Shown here piece after piece: positions 51,108-64,000 of a stretch of 64,000 nt of DNA. The position numbers were made by a program, and so were the translations under genes. The notes under the pieces were generated by a model that searched no databases, was not told where the DNA came from, and saw nothing but the letters and a program-made list of their open reading frames with translations. Within the stretch, counting starts at the first letter, position 1. The number at the start of each line of letters is the position of its first letter. Origin of the DNA: Pecten maximus (Eukaryota); assembly GCF_902652985.1 (NCBI RefSeq), contig NC_047017.1, positions 26,722,001-26,786,000 of the forward strand, written 5' to 3'.

Positions 51108-52874
51108 ATGGTTGCGGACAAAGAAAATTCAGAGGTTAGAAACAGTCATTTCAATAAGCCTAAGAACAACACACGTATATCAAGTAGTAAGAAAAGGAGA
51201 GCGAGAGACAGAAATCATGTTCTTAAGGTCATTACAATACCGGGATACCAACACAGAGATCACAGTGTGCTTACGGAGAAGTCGAAGTCTGAGACAGACG
51301 TAACTACTGTAGATGTTTCGTCCAATTCTGATGATAGAAGCAATGTGGTTGTAAACAATGATAGTGGAAGAACTATTGAAAACAAAGCAGAAAGGAAACA
51401 GTTGAAAATTCAAGTTGATTTGAGGTTAGAGCTTTGTCAGGAAACACACGTTTCGGTTGCAACTGACAACGAAACCGACACAAGTGAAAATGAACGAGAC
51501 CAATTGACAAGCGATAACAAAAGAGACACAGAGTCCTCCAACTCATGTAACAAGAAATCGATTATTCGAAAAGATTCATCGTTAGATGTGATAACGGAAG
51601 AGAAGGAAACAGGTAACAGTCAAAATGTCGTCAAGAAAGAATCTCTCCGACGGGAAATAACGTTTGACGAGCTAGTGTTAGATGATAGCGAAATACTTAG
51701 AACAAGTACTCCAACTGGAAATTCTTTTGCACAGTCTCGCATAAGACCAAAGACTTGTTCGTCAGTTTCCAAACGTAAAGAATCATTTCGATCCTTCGCT
51801 AGACCGAAATCTTCCCTCACTCCAAGGACTCCTAAACGATCTGACGACAGTCATTTCCGTAACTGTAACAGTCGTTCATCTCTATCGCGTTCTGACCGTC
51901 CATCAACAGCAAATACAAGTATGTCGAATTCTCCCCGAAGGAGTATTGAAACGAGGAGATCCTTCAAGATAACAAAGGAAGATCTAGAACATTCTCTTCC
52001 TAAGAAAAGTTTCTTTAACTGTCATGATAAAGTTCTAAAGGATGCCGGGTTTGAGGTGGAAGAGGTCTCACCAGCTGGTGCAAAAAAGCGACAATTTATG
52101 CAGCTTTTACAGCAAAGAAATAAAGATCGAATAGAAAGAGACAAAGCTAGAAAAATGCCTCCTCCCAAGGTGCTTGGATTGCTAGATCTGTATGAACTGG
52201 AATGTAGCACAGATGAAAATTCTACATCTGTAGTTAGTTTTGAGGATCAACAATCGAAAAACACGAGTAGCAAAAACAAGAAAAATTCTAAATCTACATC
52301 TAAGAAAAAGGGTGAGGACGAGGAAGATATTCGTGTGGATTATCAACTATTGTTGATATATCTTAAATACATAAAAGCGAACCCCGAGGAATTTCTTCAG
52401 TATCACGAAAGACAGGCGGCTTCAGTGAACCTGATACACGTTCGACATGGAGATTCGCTTGTGAAATTAGGGAGTATATTCCAGCGTGGCCGACACGGAA
52501 TATCCACAGAGAGCATCCTTGTGAAAGCTGTGCATGACATTCGGCCGCGGTTCACAGATCCGGGACAGTGGGCCTCTGCTAACAAGGAGAAAGAACTGTT
52601 AGCTCTTACCTCTACCAAAAAGGAAAACAGTATTCCTACAAAGCAGGAACCAACAAAGAAGGAAGCTACCAATAATCAAGAAGAGCCAAAAACAGAATAT
52701 GAGAGGATAAAATTAAAACTAGATGGATGGCTAAAAACAGTGACAACAGCACAACTGAATAAGGCAAAGGAGTTAGCTCTTAGAGAGCTAGGGCAAGAGG
52801 ATGTATCCCTTTCTAGATGGTGGATTTCGCTAAAGTCATGTAATTATATTAGGCAAAGAACTCATAAAACTTAA
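51108..52874 (+). CDS. Uncharacterised 588-aa S/K/R/E-rich, largely disordered protein, single coding exon
   Basis: Long uninterrupted ORF in AT-rich DNA with a low-complexity body, helical islands (YQLLLIYLKYIK, IKLKLDGWLK) and terminal WWISLKSCNYIR. Confidence 0.8.
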   Translation: MVADKENSEVRNSHFNKPKNNTRISSSKKRRARDRNHVLKVITIPGYQHRDHSVLTEKSKSETDVTTVDVSSNSDDRSNVVVNNDSGRTIENKAERKQLKIQVDLRLELCQETHVSVATDNETDTSENERDQLTSDNKRDTESSNSCNKKSIIRKDSSLDVITEEKETGNSQNVVKKESLRREITFDELVLDDSEILRTSTPTGNSFAQSRIRPKTCSSVSKRKESFRSFARPKSSLTPRTPKRSDDSHFRNCNSRSSLSRSDRPSTANTSMSNSPRRSIETRRSFKITKEDLEHSLPKKSFFNCHDKVLKDAGFEVEEVSPAGAKKRQFMQLLQQRNKDRIERDKARKMPPPKVLGLLDLYELECSTDENSTSVVSFEDQQSKNTSSKNKKNSKSTSKKKGEDEEDIRVDYQLLLIYLKYIKANPEEFLQYHERQAASVNLIHVRHGDSLVKLGSIFQRGRHGISTESILVKAVHDIRPRFTDPGQWASANKEKELLALTSTKKENSIPTKQEPTKKEATNNQEEPKTEYERIKLKLDGWLKTVTTAQLNKAKELALRELGQEDVSLSRWWISLKSCNYIRQRTHKT

Positions 52875-55800
52875 GATGGTAAGAAAGATATTTCGCATTT
52901 CACGTTTTAACGGAACTGTGGTGTCGAACATGCAATAGCAGTGCGTTGTATCTATGGATAAGCAAGCAATATATGATAAGTTCTAGTTGGAGTTCATATT
53001 CAGAGACATCATGATAGAGAAAAGGAATGCTTGGGAAGATTATGTTTAGCCTATTGTTTCTTTTTTACTTTTAGCCATTGTTTTAGGAGAGTTAAGGTGC
53101 ACATTATAATCACATTATGTAAATATTTCAGTCAATATGCTAATTTGATGTCCTATCCAATCATAGTCATAATAATTTGCATGCTTATACATGGTAGTTG
53201 GTAATATGCAAAGGCGGTAGAGAGAGCGAGGATATTGTCTGTGGTAGTAAAGTAAAATCCGTGTATATTACAGTTCATTATCCACTTAAGAAATACTATA
53301 TGAGTTTTCAATACTAATTGTTATTGTGAGTGTGTGTCAGAGAGACTACTGTAAATACTGTGGTTCGTCGATCTGATCATTACACATGGCAGATGAACAG
53401 TGTACATTTTAAGTCTCCATGTAGTAATTAGCATAAAAATTGACTGCAGAACTAATTCCCTCCATCAATTACATACAGTGCTCATTTTACACAGATGCCA
53501 CGTCTGTTTCTAAAATATTTTACCTGTGCGCGGCGAAAATGGCCAGATGACTTCTGGTAATTTGGTATTAGTTCCACCTGCCGCTAGTTAACATTACTGT
53601 TGATACACACCGTACTCTTTCATCATATTTATGTGTATGCATGGATACCCAGTTTTATATTTTTCTCTATTCTACTACAATTGTACATATTATGTAATGT
53701 CAAAATAACATATTCTTAAGTACGGTGCCATTCTGACTGATGTAGACAGATGTTGTATGTCATACATACCGTCTTATGCAGCGATACCATTCAACCCTAT
53801 AATATCATGGTTGGTTATTCACTGTTTTATTTTTGAAGACAGAAAAAAAAATGGGAAAATATAACAAATAAATAAAACTAGATAAATATATTCAATTACT
53901 TAGTAATGAAAACGTATACAGAAAAAGCATTGCCCATGTCATTCTTTCTCCGCTAAAATAACTCTTTGTCTTTTAAAACTTTTCGCAGAAACCGCAGAAA
54001 TTCCACCTACCGAAATATAAATCTATAAGTAAATAAGGGTTTGTGATGCGTATCATGTATTTGTTTTTACTTTGTTTTGCAGACCTGACAGCAACGTTGT
54101 AATTCATACCATACTATTTTGTCTTCCATAATTGTACTGTTATACAACGAACATTCGCCAGTATGCTATATACAAGCAATGAAATCACATAAAGCAGTTT
54201 TAATGTAAAAAAAAATCAATATCATTTCAAACACAAAGTATTAAACTCAATTTTGAAAATGTATTTTGCTCTTGATTCTTCTTTTATTTTACATGCTAAC
54301 ATATACCCATGAATACTTTGTATTTAAAGGTATGGCAATTACATGTATCATATCCAAAGTGACGGAAATTTACGTTCTTAATGACGCATACATAATTGCA
54401 ATGAATGACACTTATTTGATATTCCGATTTCTTTCACAATCACCAAAACAACACTGTTTAAATGGAATGAATGTAATAATAAGACTGGTCATGACATGTT
54501 CTATGCTTTTGTTACATGTAAGATTTTAATGATTACCAGTAGAGAAATTTTGATGAATATATTTTTAAGACATATATTGTTTTATATATCAAAACTGTAA
54601 CCGTTTGCGCTTCTAACTGGAATCCTTACAAATGTTAATTTAGATAAGTAAGCTGACTAGTTGTGATGGCAACAGAAAAACGTCACCGAGTCATAATGAT
54701 GGCATGGTCTCGTGACATCTCTAGAGTTGTCTTGTGACTTATAATGCGGAAACACTTAGTACATTCATCATCCTATACCTCTAATACTCCACACAGACTC
54801 GTGTATATACAATCAGTTTGGTCTTATGCACCGCAGTTTGTTAGGATAACGCAACTTTAAAATCACTTATCTACTCAATGTTAAGGACAAGTTTCAATAA
54901 AAACAAACCTTTATTTCAATATCACCTTTATACATTCTAACAGTTAACTCATAATTAACTTTGTGGCGTCATTTTGGAGCCCAACTTAATAGTTTGTGTA
55001 GAAGTTACCTCTAGCTTCGTAAGATCCAAGATATGGCATGTTAGCATTTACTTCTAAATAACAATATATTATTTGGTGTTTACAGTCATCGAAAGGACTC
55101 TGGTCTATTGAATAAATTTCAATATCACTAAAACCACTTTTTTGTTATTTTCATTCATATCTGTGATATTAGTTTCCTGGTTTTTAATAGAGGTACGAAT
55201 TGTTTATCATTATTATCATTTTGATGCCGGATTCCTGTTATCCTGTTATCAAATATGATCTTTTGTTACATTGGGTCCGTATGTTAACGCTCTTGACATA
55301 GTGCATTTTGCCCCTTTACGTTGAAGATGATATTTGGTTGAGTTTAATCTGTGATACATTTTATCGAGGAATTACAGATGTGTTGTTCCCTTGAATTATT
55401 TTTTGACGCTTAAGTATTATATTTGGTTTGTCAGGCATGTTGTTGACGTTGCCATCATGGTAAAGTTTTACTATCTTATATTTCATAGCAAACACAATAT
55501 ACTACCCTAACTCTACCTTTGGACAATACTAATATAGAGGCAAACACTGTTTTATATACACTGCCATACACAGTCATATGACCAATAATCAAATATTTCA
55601 TCAAATATCAAATATCAGTGTTAAATACTTTGATAAATAAATAACAAACTTAACTATTGTGGATTCATTACTTAAACACTTAACACTCGCGTTTATAATC
55701 ATTTACATATTGGTTTTAATTTTCAGCTGGGAGTATTAAACTATACATTTCCAATACGTATCTTTACCTAACACAGATTTAGTGACACCTTCCTATGGTG

Positions 55801-56139
55801 TATTGTTGCGTATGAGACACCGGGACTTGTATTTCGATTAGATCTTGTTATTTCTTCGATCACGTTGAAACCCACGTGAAGTGAATCACTGTGAATAAAA
55901 GAAGTACATTAAGGAAGAAAATTGCATAAATTAACTAGACCTTTAATACACTTTTGTGTATCAATAAGGTTTAATTGGATTCAGTGCCATATATAGATAG
56001 CTATTATACGTCTGTATTTGTGTCCTATTGCTTGAATATTTTTAAAGTGATTAAATTTAATCTTTGAATTCAAAATTGAATCAAAATACGTGTGCAAATT
56101 GGATACATCCTCTCAACAAAAGGTGATATGTTCACTTAG

Positions 56140-56441
56140 TTTGTTTGTGTTTGCTTGTTTGTTTGCTGAGTTTATCGCTCCGTGAAAAGCCATGGTAATT
56201 TTGAGGCGGTGTCTCCTTGTTGTAGTTGATGACTACCTAGCTGAACAACATACGGGTGGCCCGTCACATGCCATTCAGGTCAATTAAGGTAATATGTCTT
56301 TCCCAAGGACACAGCCATGATAACACAGACCGGCCCGTTTCTCAGCTTTCCGAGAAACACAACCGACATTGGTTGGGAGGGTCAAACCACGCAACTCGGA
56401 TCTACGTTGCCGGCGCTCTTACCGACTGAGTTATCGCGGCC
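56140..56441 (-). mobile_element. tRNA-derived SINE of a second family, with (AAAC)n tail
   Basis: Minus-strand head GGGCCGCGATAACTCAGTCGGTAAGAGCG (A box), internal TGTGTCCTTGGGAAAGACA motif (V-domain-like), GTTT repeats at 56140-56165. Confidence 0.8.
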
Positions 56442-59400
56442 CTCACTCATTCGTGTCAAACCCTTTACATGGCATTATTAAGATAAACATAGTTTACTGA
56501 TGAGACAAGCGGAAAGACTTAGGATTGATAATTAACAATTTCAGAAACAGAAACAGATCAACATCATATAATTATATCAGCCTATATAGATACAATTATC
56601 GATAAAAAGGAAGAATTTACATCACCTTTGTTTCATAACTTCAAGGATTTTCGTGTTGTTATGAGGAAACATATAATTTTGAAAGTTAATGAGGAAATAA
56701 ATGACAGGAAATAATGTTTTGTTAACATTAATAAACGCGGAGTTATTAAAGATAAATTATCGGCTCGCGTGTGTGTTGAACATCACAGGGACATAAGAGC
56801 GAATTCAACATAATTTTATATTATTGCATCATTGTCTATTTATAAATATTCCTAAATCAATGTCAGCAACACAACGTCTTGTAAAAGTGTTAAATACCTT
56901 AAAACGTGTACTTCATTTTCCAGATTATATTCTCTGAGAAGTATATCATTCTTTTTATGAAAGGCTGAATTATAGATAAACACTTTGCATGGTGCATAGC
57001 AATACTAAAGTGCCGATGGTAAAAGGCATATTAAACATGAGTGTGTACTTCAAGCCTAAGTACGTAGGCGACCAGGAGATGACATTTTATTTAAAATAAA
57101 TCACGGGATAATATTAAGTTCAAGGGTCATGATGCAATAAAAGTACTTATCACCCCTGCGCTGCATTGTTTAATTTTAAAATCTTTTTTGAATATGAGTG
57201 GACGCCAAATTGACATTTTATCACGTATTTCTAAACATAAACAAAATTGTACACACACATCAAGATCGTAGCATCTATCATATTCATGACACCAGTGGAA
57301 GTACAAATATCGGTACCCAATTTAACACAATTTTGCAAACTGAATCACGGGGTGATATCGGTTTATTATTTACCTTAGGGGTATTTGTCTAACCATTGGG
57401 CTATACCTCCACTCCCTAAGGCTCAAGTCCTTTAGCATGCACTATACAATCGTATTTGTTTTTAATTAAAGTACCACACCCACGATAAGTCAGTAAGCGT
57501 TTGAAATTCAAAGCGTCGTGTACTGAAATTTCCTAATCTTTGAGTGAAGATATACCAGTTTTTCCTATATTAGGAAAATGTACTTGAAATTCAACAGGTT
57601 GCACACTGCTATATGACAGCGAATCATTCATTCCCAGTAAGTGCATTTAATATGCACGTCATAGTTTTGACGGGAATTGCAATCTAGGTTTACATTAAGC
57701 TGAGTAGAAAATGTATATTTTATACTCGTCAAAATATTGACAGACTGTGCCATGTTCCGAAAAAATATTTGGGAAACCACTAATATCCTCTTTCGTTTAC
57801 AGTGTAATTAGGTACATTCCCCACAGTGTTAACCAACAGAATGAGAGAAAACCGAACACAAAATAAATCTAAAAATATGACCATGACAACTCATTTGTAA
57901 GATATTTTCGATTGTAAATAAAAGCTAAATAAGAGCTCTTGCCACACACAAAGATTTTACTCGCAAAAACAATCGTGTAGAACTGATCGACATCAATTAA
58001 CAAAAACAACTCAAACCCGACAGCGCGAAAAAGTACTGTTCAGTGAGAAGACACAGAAAATACAGGACAGCGATGAAAAACTCGTTAAATGTACTTGATG
58101 CGAAATAAGATGAGGTGCATGTGTAACCCGGCCTTATGTTAGCCACCATCTCCAGCGAATTTCGTACAGGACAGAGGTAACGGTAAGTGGAAGGGGAATG
58201 ACAGACGATGCATGGTGATAATGTAGTTGTTAGGTCGTGTTAATAATTTATAGTCGTCTTACTTATAACTGAGTGAAAGAACATAGGTTTTATCATGTTT
58301 TCCACTTATTGTTAACACTTTGGATGCGTATCATAAACTGACAGATTATATGTGCCTACTGATATGACAATGTCACAGAATCAGAGACTGAATATCGTAC
58401 CAGGGGAATTAACTCATACTGCCATCGAAAAATATCCAGCTTGACCAGTCAGCTCAACAATTGGACTATTCTTTATGGGAAGCATTATATACCAGGTAAA
58501 AATAATGTATGAAAGTATCCGTTTGCGTAATCGCACCAAAATAAATACGTGGCTATCATTAAGGTATAAGCTCTAAAACATATCATCGAACATTTATTAT
58601 CTTTGCAACATACGAGCCGGATACTGGTCAAAGGTTTATATGTACCGAGAAATAGACAAAGTATTTAAATAAGATTGTTAAAATATGTGTTCTGATATCA
58701 CCTCATTAACGTTTTATGTATTTTGGCAGTTCGTTGCAAGGAAACCTCTACTTTTGTTCCCAACTTGAGTTTAAGTTTAACAATATAACCATTATCTTGT
58801 TATATTTCAAAACAAAAACATTGACATCTGAGAATATTTATCTCAAAATGAAGAATTAAAAACATGTCAATACTCGGTACCAAAGTACCTGATGACAAAG
58901 ATCTCACTGTTATTTGTAAATATTTGATGGTAGTTTCTCCTCTCCTAAATAAACTACTAAAACCGTTAATTTCTCTGACTTATGAAATATCATTCCACAT
59001 GAATAAGTTTAAAATCTGTAATGATACCTATGGGCAATAACGACCTAAATAAATACTGTTTGTATTCAAGATCCACGAGTGGCTAATTGTGGGGATTTTG
59101 TTTACCGTTCCTCGTACACTATCTAGTACAGAATCACAGCAAAGGTTTACTTGTACAGCCAATGTAAATATGCTAGGCGTGGACATCTATTGAGACAGCC
59201 CGTACGGTGTTGTCAATGACGGTGGCCTGTATGTAGACTTAAGTCAGTATTAAGAATAATAACTGGTCTGTTTAAACATTTTTGGTGTGAACATTCGGAA
59301 GAAGAATATATTATTTGAAGATAAACGATAATACAGCGCCCTGTAAACTTAAAAAGCTATTTTTAGAGACAATGTTATTGCCAATCAACGAAAGTGTTGA

Positions 59401-59834
59401 CTATGCTACCGGTTTCCTTATTTCATCTCACGACTAAGTTTGCGTTCGGCAAAATAGAGCGTGCAGTTGGCATCTTAAAATATAAGATATACATTGAGCA
59501 ATGATATGCAATGAAAACAATGAGACTTACTCATATATATCAAGTAATGCCACTCATTTATAGCATGCGGCATCCAATCATTCACAGGGATACGAAATGA
59601 AACGAGTGCTATCAATTAACCAGTCGATAGTGGCTTACAAACCACATACATTTAATAACAAAAATAAGGTACCGGTAAATATTGAACAAAATGTGTTCTA
59701 TCTAACTAAGAACACTTCAGGTCCTGTGTAAGCAATACCTTTTTGCCGTTTCCTTTGTGTTGAGTTGCATAAATTGTACTAGCAGGTAATGTCGTACATT
59801 ATGCTAAATATGGTCATCAACCGAGCATGTCATG

Positions 59835-60295
59835 CAGGTAGGGCGTAAGAATTGTACCTGTTTCTCTATTGCATGTTTGTAAGAGGCGACTAAAATTGGG
59901 ATCTGACCTTTTTCTTCCTTCTTCACAACAGTCCTCTTCTTAATGTAACCCTTGACATTTCCCCACTTGTACCCTTTATTTGAGTTTTCACCCCTGTGAT
60001 TCAGGCTTCAGGTCCTGTCCCTTTTGCTGATACAACCCAGAGTCTACAAAATTGGTAGTTACTACTCCTGATCATCACTCAACATTTTGGGAGTTCGCCC
60101 ATTGTCAGTATAATATGACCGGATGGATTTCTTCGGCACTATGCTTCAATACCCTTGCACTGCCACAAGGACATAAACATGTATATACTACAGCCTCCCT
60201 AAACATCCACACTCACTTAACACATGCAACTCTCACACGGGGGAGGTCGTCTTTGAATGACCATAACTGTTTATGGGACGTTTGATAATACAAAC
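59835..60295 (+). mobile_element. Degenerate Meta-core-like SINE with a 5' extension
   Basis: GTTCGCCCATTGTCAGTATAATATGACCGG...CTTCGGCACTATGCTTCA recalls the Meta central domain of bivalve SINEs (from memory). The 3' end TGACCATAACTGTTTATGGGACGTT matches the tail of the 11821 SINE. Confidence 0.6.
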
Positions 60296-63200
60296 TTTAT
60301 CTAGCGGCAAGAAGATGTATTGACAGAATCATATGACACTGTAAATGCCTTAGCAATACATACATATAGTGAATACCCGGTGCATTTCTTATAATTTAAA
60401 TCCTTTTGACATGACAATGATTGTTTTTATGCTTACCCAATAGTTGAAGTAGACATATGGGCATTTCATAACGCGACAATGTAAATACTCAAGCTTTCCT
60501 TAACCCTTTATAACACGTGTATGTACTTGGCCTTCTAACATTAAAGATTTATACGTGTAGATTTTATCATAAATAAAAAGTTTATGGAATCAATCTAAAA
60601 GGATTGTTTATAAAACACACGTGCATATCACCTCTAGATATGATTTTAGTAACAACAACAGTATATAGGTACGAATAATGAAAGTTCGTATCGTCAATGA
60701 TGATAGAAAGGGAAAGAAAATTAAAATTCGACGTAAAAACATCAAAATATAAACAATGGTTGAGTGACACTAATTTAATCCATCTGATGCTACTTGTATT
60801 TAGATAATTCTAATGTCTAAACCATACAGTTAATGAATAATACATATGTGTGTATGTAAATATATGTATATATATTGAAATGATGAACGACAAAAAATAG
60901 AATCTATCAATGATGCAAACCTACAGCTTATACCGTTATCGATCAGATGTGAGGTACAATGCAGGTAAGTATAAAGAGTGACATTTTCCTCTGATGGTAT
61001 CCGACATCAATTCTCTAACCGTTGACCAGAAATAATCGTGTTATCCACATCAACTATTCAGATGTATTACTTCACGGGAGATCAGTAAAAGGCTAGAGGA
61101 TATCAAAGACTCTCGCATCACTATCGAACTATCGAACACCGGTATATAAACTAAGTTCTCCACGCAGGAAAAAAATACTTCATTAAATGCCACAAGAATT
61201 GCAGAAAGGGAAATCTAAAGTATACCATGGACAATTTCTTTTACAGATCCTGCTTATCAAAAGTGACTTCTAAAAAGGCGTAAAGCGGTATGTTTATCAC
61301 TTTGTGTCGTAAACGGTGTAATTGAAATAAAATCATTCTGATGATCAATTGATAAAACGACCAACACTATGACCTCTCTGTCGATAACATTCAATATGGA
61401 TTATTTACAACAAACGTGGGATAGTTTGTATGCCAGCGGGGTATTTATCTCTACGATATCCACATTTTTTATTAATATCTTATCTCAGAACAAATGACAT
61501 GTGTTCTCAGAATAAAAGTTCTTTTATGCTAAAAGGTGAGCTATTTCTCTGCCACCTATATTGGTTGTAGTGATTGTAAATACCTAGGAATCGTTCCCTC
61601 TGCCCTTTGCTCTTACAATCCGACGTAAGCTAGGATTCTGACGGATTTATCGTAGATAGGGATAGGAGCTGTTCCACTCTAGCGTGCCATTTAACTCTGT
61701 TGACTCGCTACTTAACGTTACATTGTTGGCGTAAGGGGACAAATATTGATCAAAATTTAATCTTGAGTAAAGATTGCTATTTTCACGTCCGGTTTTATAA
61801 ATCTGAATGTTTTTATCTACAATGGTACTAGATAGAAGCTTTGGTTGACTACAGGACACTACAGCGTTAATAGCAGTTGTCATCAATATGAGCATGGATG
61901 TCTAGCTAACAGGTAAGTGACAATAACATTTAATATGGACGATATTTTTGGACACTTTTATGTTTTCTTAAATATCAAAATTTCTAAAATACATTACATT
62001 ATACATATATAATAAGCATCAACAATTAAGTTCACTTGTGGATTATTCAGATTGAATATAAGTATTTATATTATTTAAGTGAAACATCAAAACAAAAACA
62101 CTTTTAACTGCAAACATTATCAGTGCTTATCTTTAAAATGTTTCCTTGATGGCAATGCCCATGTACAGAAATTTTGTACCAAAAGCTTCCATTGTGTTAG
62201 ATCACATTGATGGTATTACAATGAACAAGGCGTCAAAGTTAAACATTCCGATGTCGATAAAACTTTAATTCTAACTCTATCTAACCAGTGCAAAATAATC
62301 AAAATATGTATATTTGTAAACACGCAGAATTTCTTGAAAATAAAAGGAGGAAATAAGACCAGTGTCCCTAAAGGTTGATCGTCTTCTGCTTCTTCGTCGA
62401 TGCGCGCCGTATTAATCTTGATGAAAACAATGGAATATCATGTTCTCAAAATGAGAACCGTGGTCGCGATAGAGAAAACGGCAAATAAAGGGCATCGAAC
62501 AGCTCACACTCACTGCATGGCAATACGATACAAGATGTGTGAGTGACCATTACATTGACCATTAAACTCTCCGTTGATTTTCATTAACATACCTATCTGG
62601 AAGCAAATATTGCCTTGTCCTCGGTCGATATATTTTCGAGTAAATGAACCCATATATTTACCTTAACAAAAGTCTGTAATTGTATATATTATCATTGATA
62701 TATGATGACATGGTATATACAGTTACTATGGGTGCGGATAAAAATAAAATGCAGTACTGCATGTTAGTGGGCGGGAGAATATAATTTCGTTCACAAACAA
62801 TAAAAGCTATTCTATATTCATGATTTTGTCTCGTTTTTATATATCCCGCCATGAGTTATGAAGAATATAGATAAAGGAACGACATTTTAATTTGTTGTAG
62901 AAGTGTGTTGACAGTTTATCATCAGTCTTTGAGATAAATGTGTTCTGTGCCACAATGTAGTAGTGACAGATGGTCCTGTTTGTTCACAATGTAAACTAAT
63001 CGTGTTTCCCTGTTATATCGTTAGCCTTATTAAATATAAATAACGGACTGAGCGTTATCATCATACGTCAATACAACACCGGGAGTGATCTGTGTAATGG
63101 TATCAACCAATGGATGGCAGGGAGACATTCCTCCACGATACCCATGAATCTGTTAATCTATTTCAGATGACGAGGTGTTTGCAGCTGACCCAGATATATG

Positions 63201-63607
63201 AGTAAATATTCTTCTCAAGACCGAGTAATAAAGGTGTGGCAGTGGATTACCATCCAAATCAACGGGGCTCCATAGCAGTGATAAAAAGACAAGCATATTA
63301 TCTACTTAATCTTGAATATGGTGAACAACTTAATCGAGAATATTTTTATTTGGAGGTGTCGTTATGAATCGTCGACGGATACTTTACGTTGGACACGTAT
63401 TTTACTGTGCCAGTTTTGAGAATGATTTGAACTTTTAAAGTGTGAAATATGTAAAAACAGAGAAAACACCATGTACAAGGTACATATCACATGGATATAA
63501 TTGATACAGAAAAAACACTCATAATTTATGTAACCATAAGTAATCACAACGAATTATATGCCATTTGTTAAACTAACATTAACATTTAAACGCAGTTATA
63601 TTTGAAA

Positions 63608-64000
63608 ATGAGTTTGATTCCCGAAATAGGACATCTGTATCACGACTTTAGCATTTCGAACGCTTACACTTCCCTTGATGCACGTGAACAACTTCGAACT
63701 CGCCAGATCAATGCACGTGAGGATAAACAGCTTGGAAAGTATACGGAGGTCATAGACAAAGCTAAGGTCATATGCAAAAGGAGGCGAGAATGGGAGGAGG
63801 ATTCTTTGCGAAGGCAGCTGCGAGTTCTTCAGACGAAAACTCCTTCAATACAAAGGGGTTTAAGACAAGAGACCGAGCGACTCAGACGATACGAATCGTC
63901 CATGATGTCGCGCAATAGTACATCAGGGCTGAGAATACAATCACGGATGACCAGCGTTTCGGAAAAAGCAACGTTGTATAGCCATCAATGGCCATCACAT
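63608..64000 (+). CDS. Partial ORF (131 codons, open at window end), coiled-coil N-terminus, possibly CCDC190-like
   Basis: MSLIPEIGHLYHDFSISNAYTSLDAREQLRTRQINAREDKQLGKYTEVIDKAKVICKRRREWEEDSLRRQLRVLQTKTPSIQRGLRQETERLRRYESS...; no stop before 64000. Preceded by acceptor-like AAACGCAG; visibly higher GC than the flank. Absent from the ORF track. Confidence 0.7.
   Translation, partial: MSLIPEIGHLYHDFSISNAYTSLDAREQLRTRQINAREDKQLGKYTEVIDKAKVICKRRREWEEDSLRRQLRVLQTKTPSIQRGLRQETERLRRYESSMMSRNSTSGLRIQSRMTSVSEKATLYSHQWPSH

Noticed and set aside
51180-52672. Antisense ORFs within the 588-aa gene (similarly those overlapping the hydrolase and C1q exons)
   Set aside because: Shadow ORFs of real coding sequence, with no motifs.
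61647-61895. 82-aa ORF with a weak signal-peptide-like start
   Set aside because: Short, with no motif or paralog support; cannot be distinguished from chance.

Overview
This is AT-rich animal genomic DNA, most likely from a bivalve mollusc (inferred from the repeat families and the C1q expansion), with one 300-N gap at 3890-4189. From left to right: a 5'-truncated, frameshifted CR1/L2-type LINE comes first. It is followed by a minus-strand tandem cluster of five two-exon secreted C1q-domain (signal peptide + coiled coil + gC1q) gene copies at ~3.1-22.1 kb. Only one copy (14455-17407) is clearly intact. The cluster was built by a ~7 kb segmental duplication and shows an apparent gene-conversion tract. 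Several MITE-like DNA elements and tRNA-derived SINEs are scattered through the window. The best candidate for an undescribed system is a divergent pair of paralogous single-coding-exon genes (28159-29784 minus; 39945-41603 plus). Both encode type II membrane proteins with a cytosolic ExxxLL dileucine motif, a Cys-containing luminal beta-type domain, a basic linker and a Ser-Asp-His alpha/beta-hydrolase domain that recalls a family I know mainly from oomycetes/protists. A 31-bp minisatellite abuts one of them. An uncharacterised 588-aa low-complexity protein and the start of an unlisted coiled-coil ORF at the right edge complete the window. No tools were run: all family assignments are motif-based or from memory.
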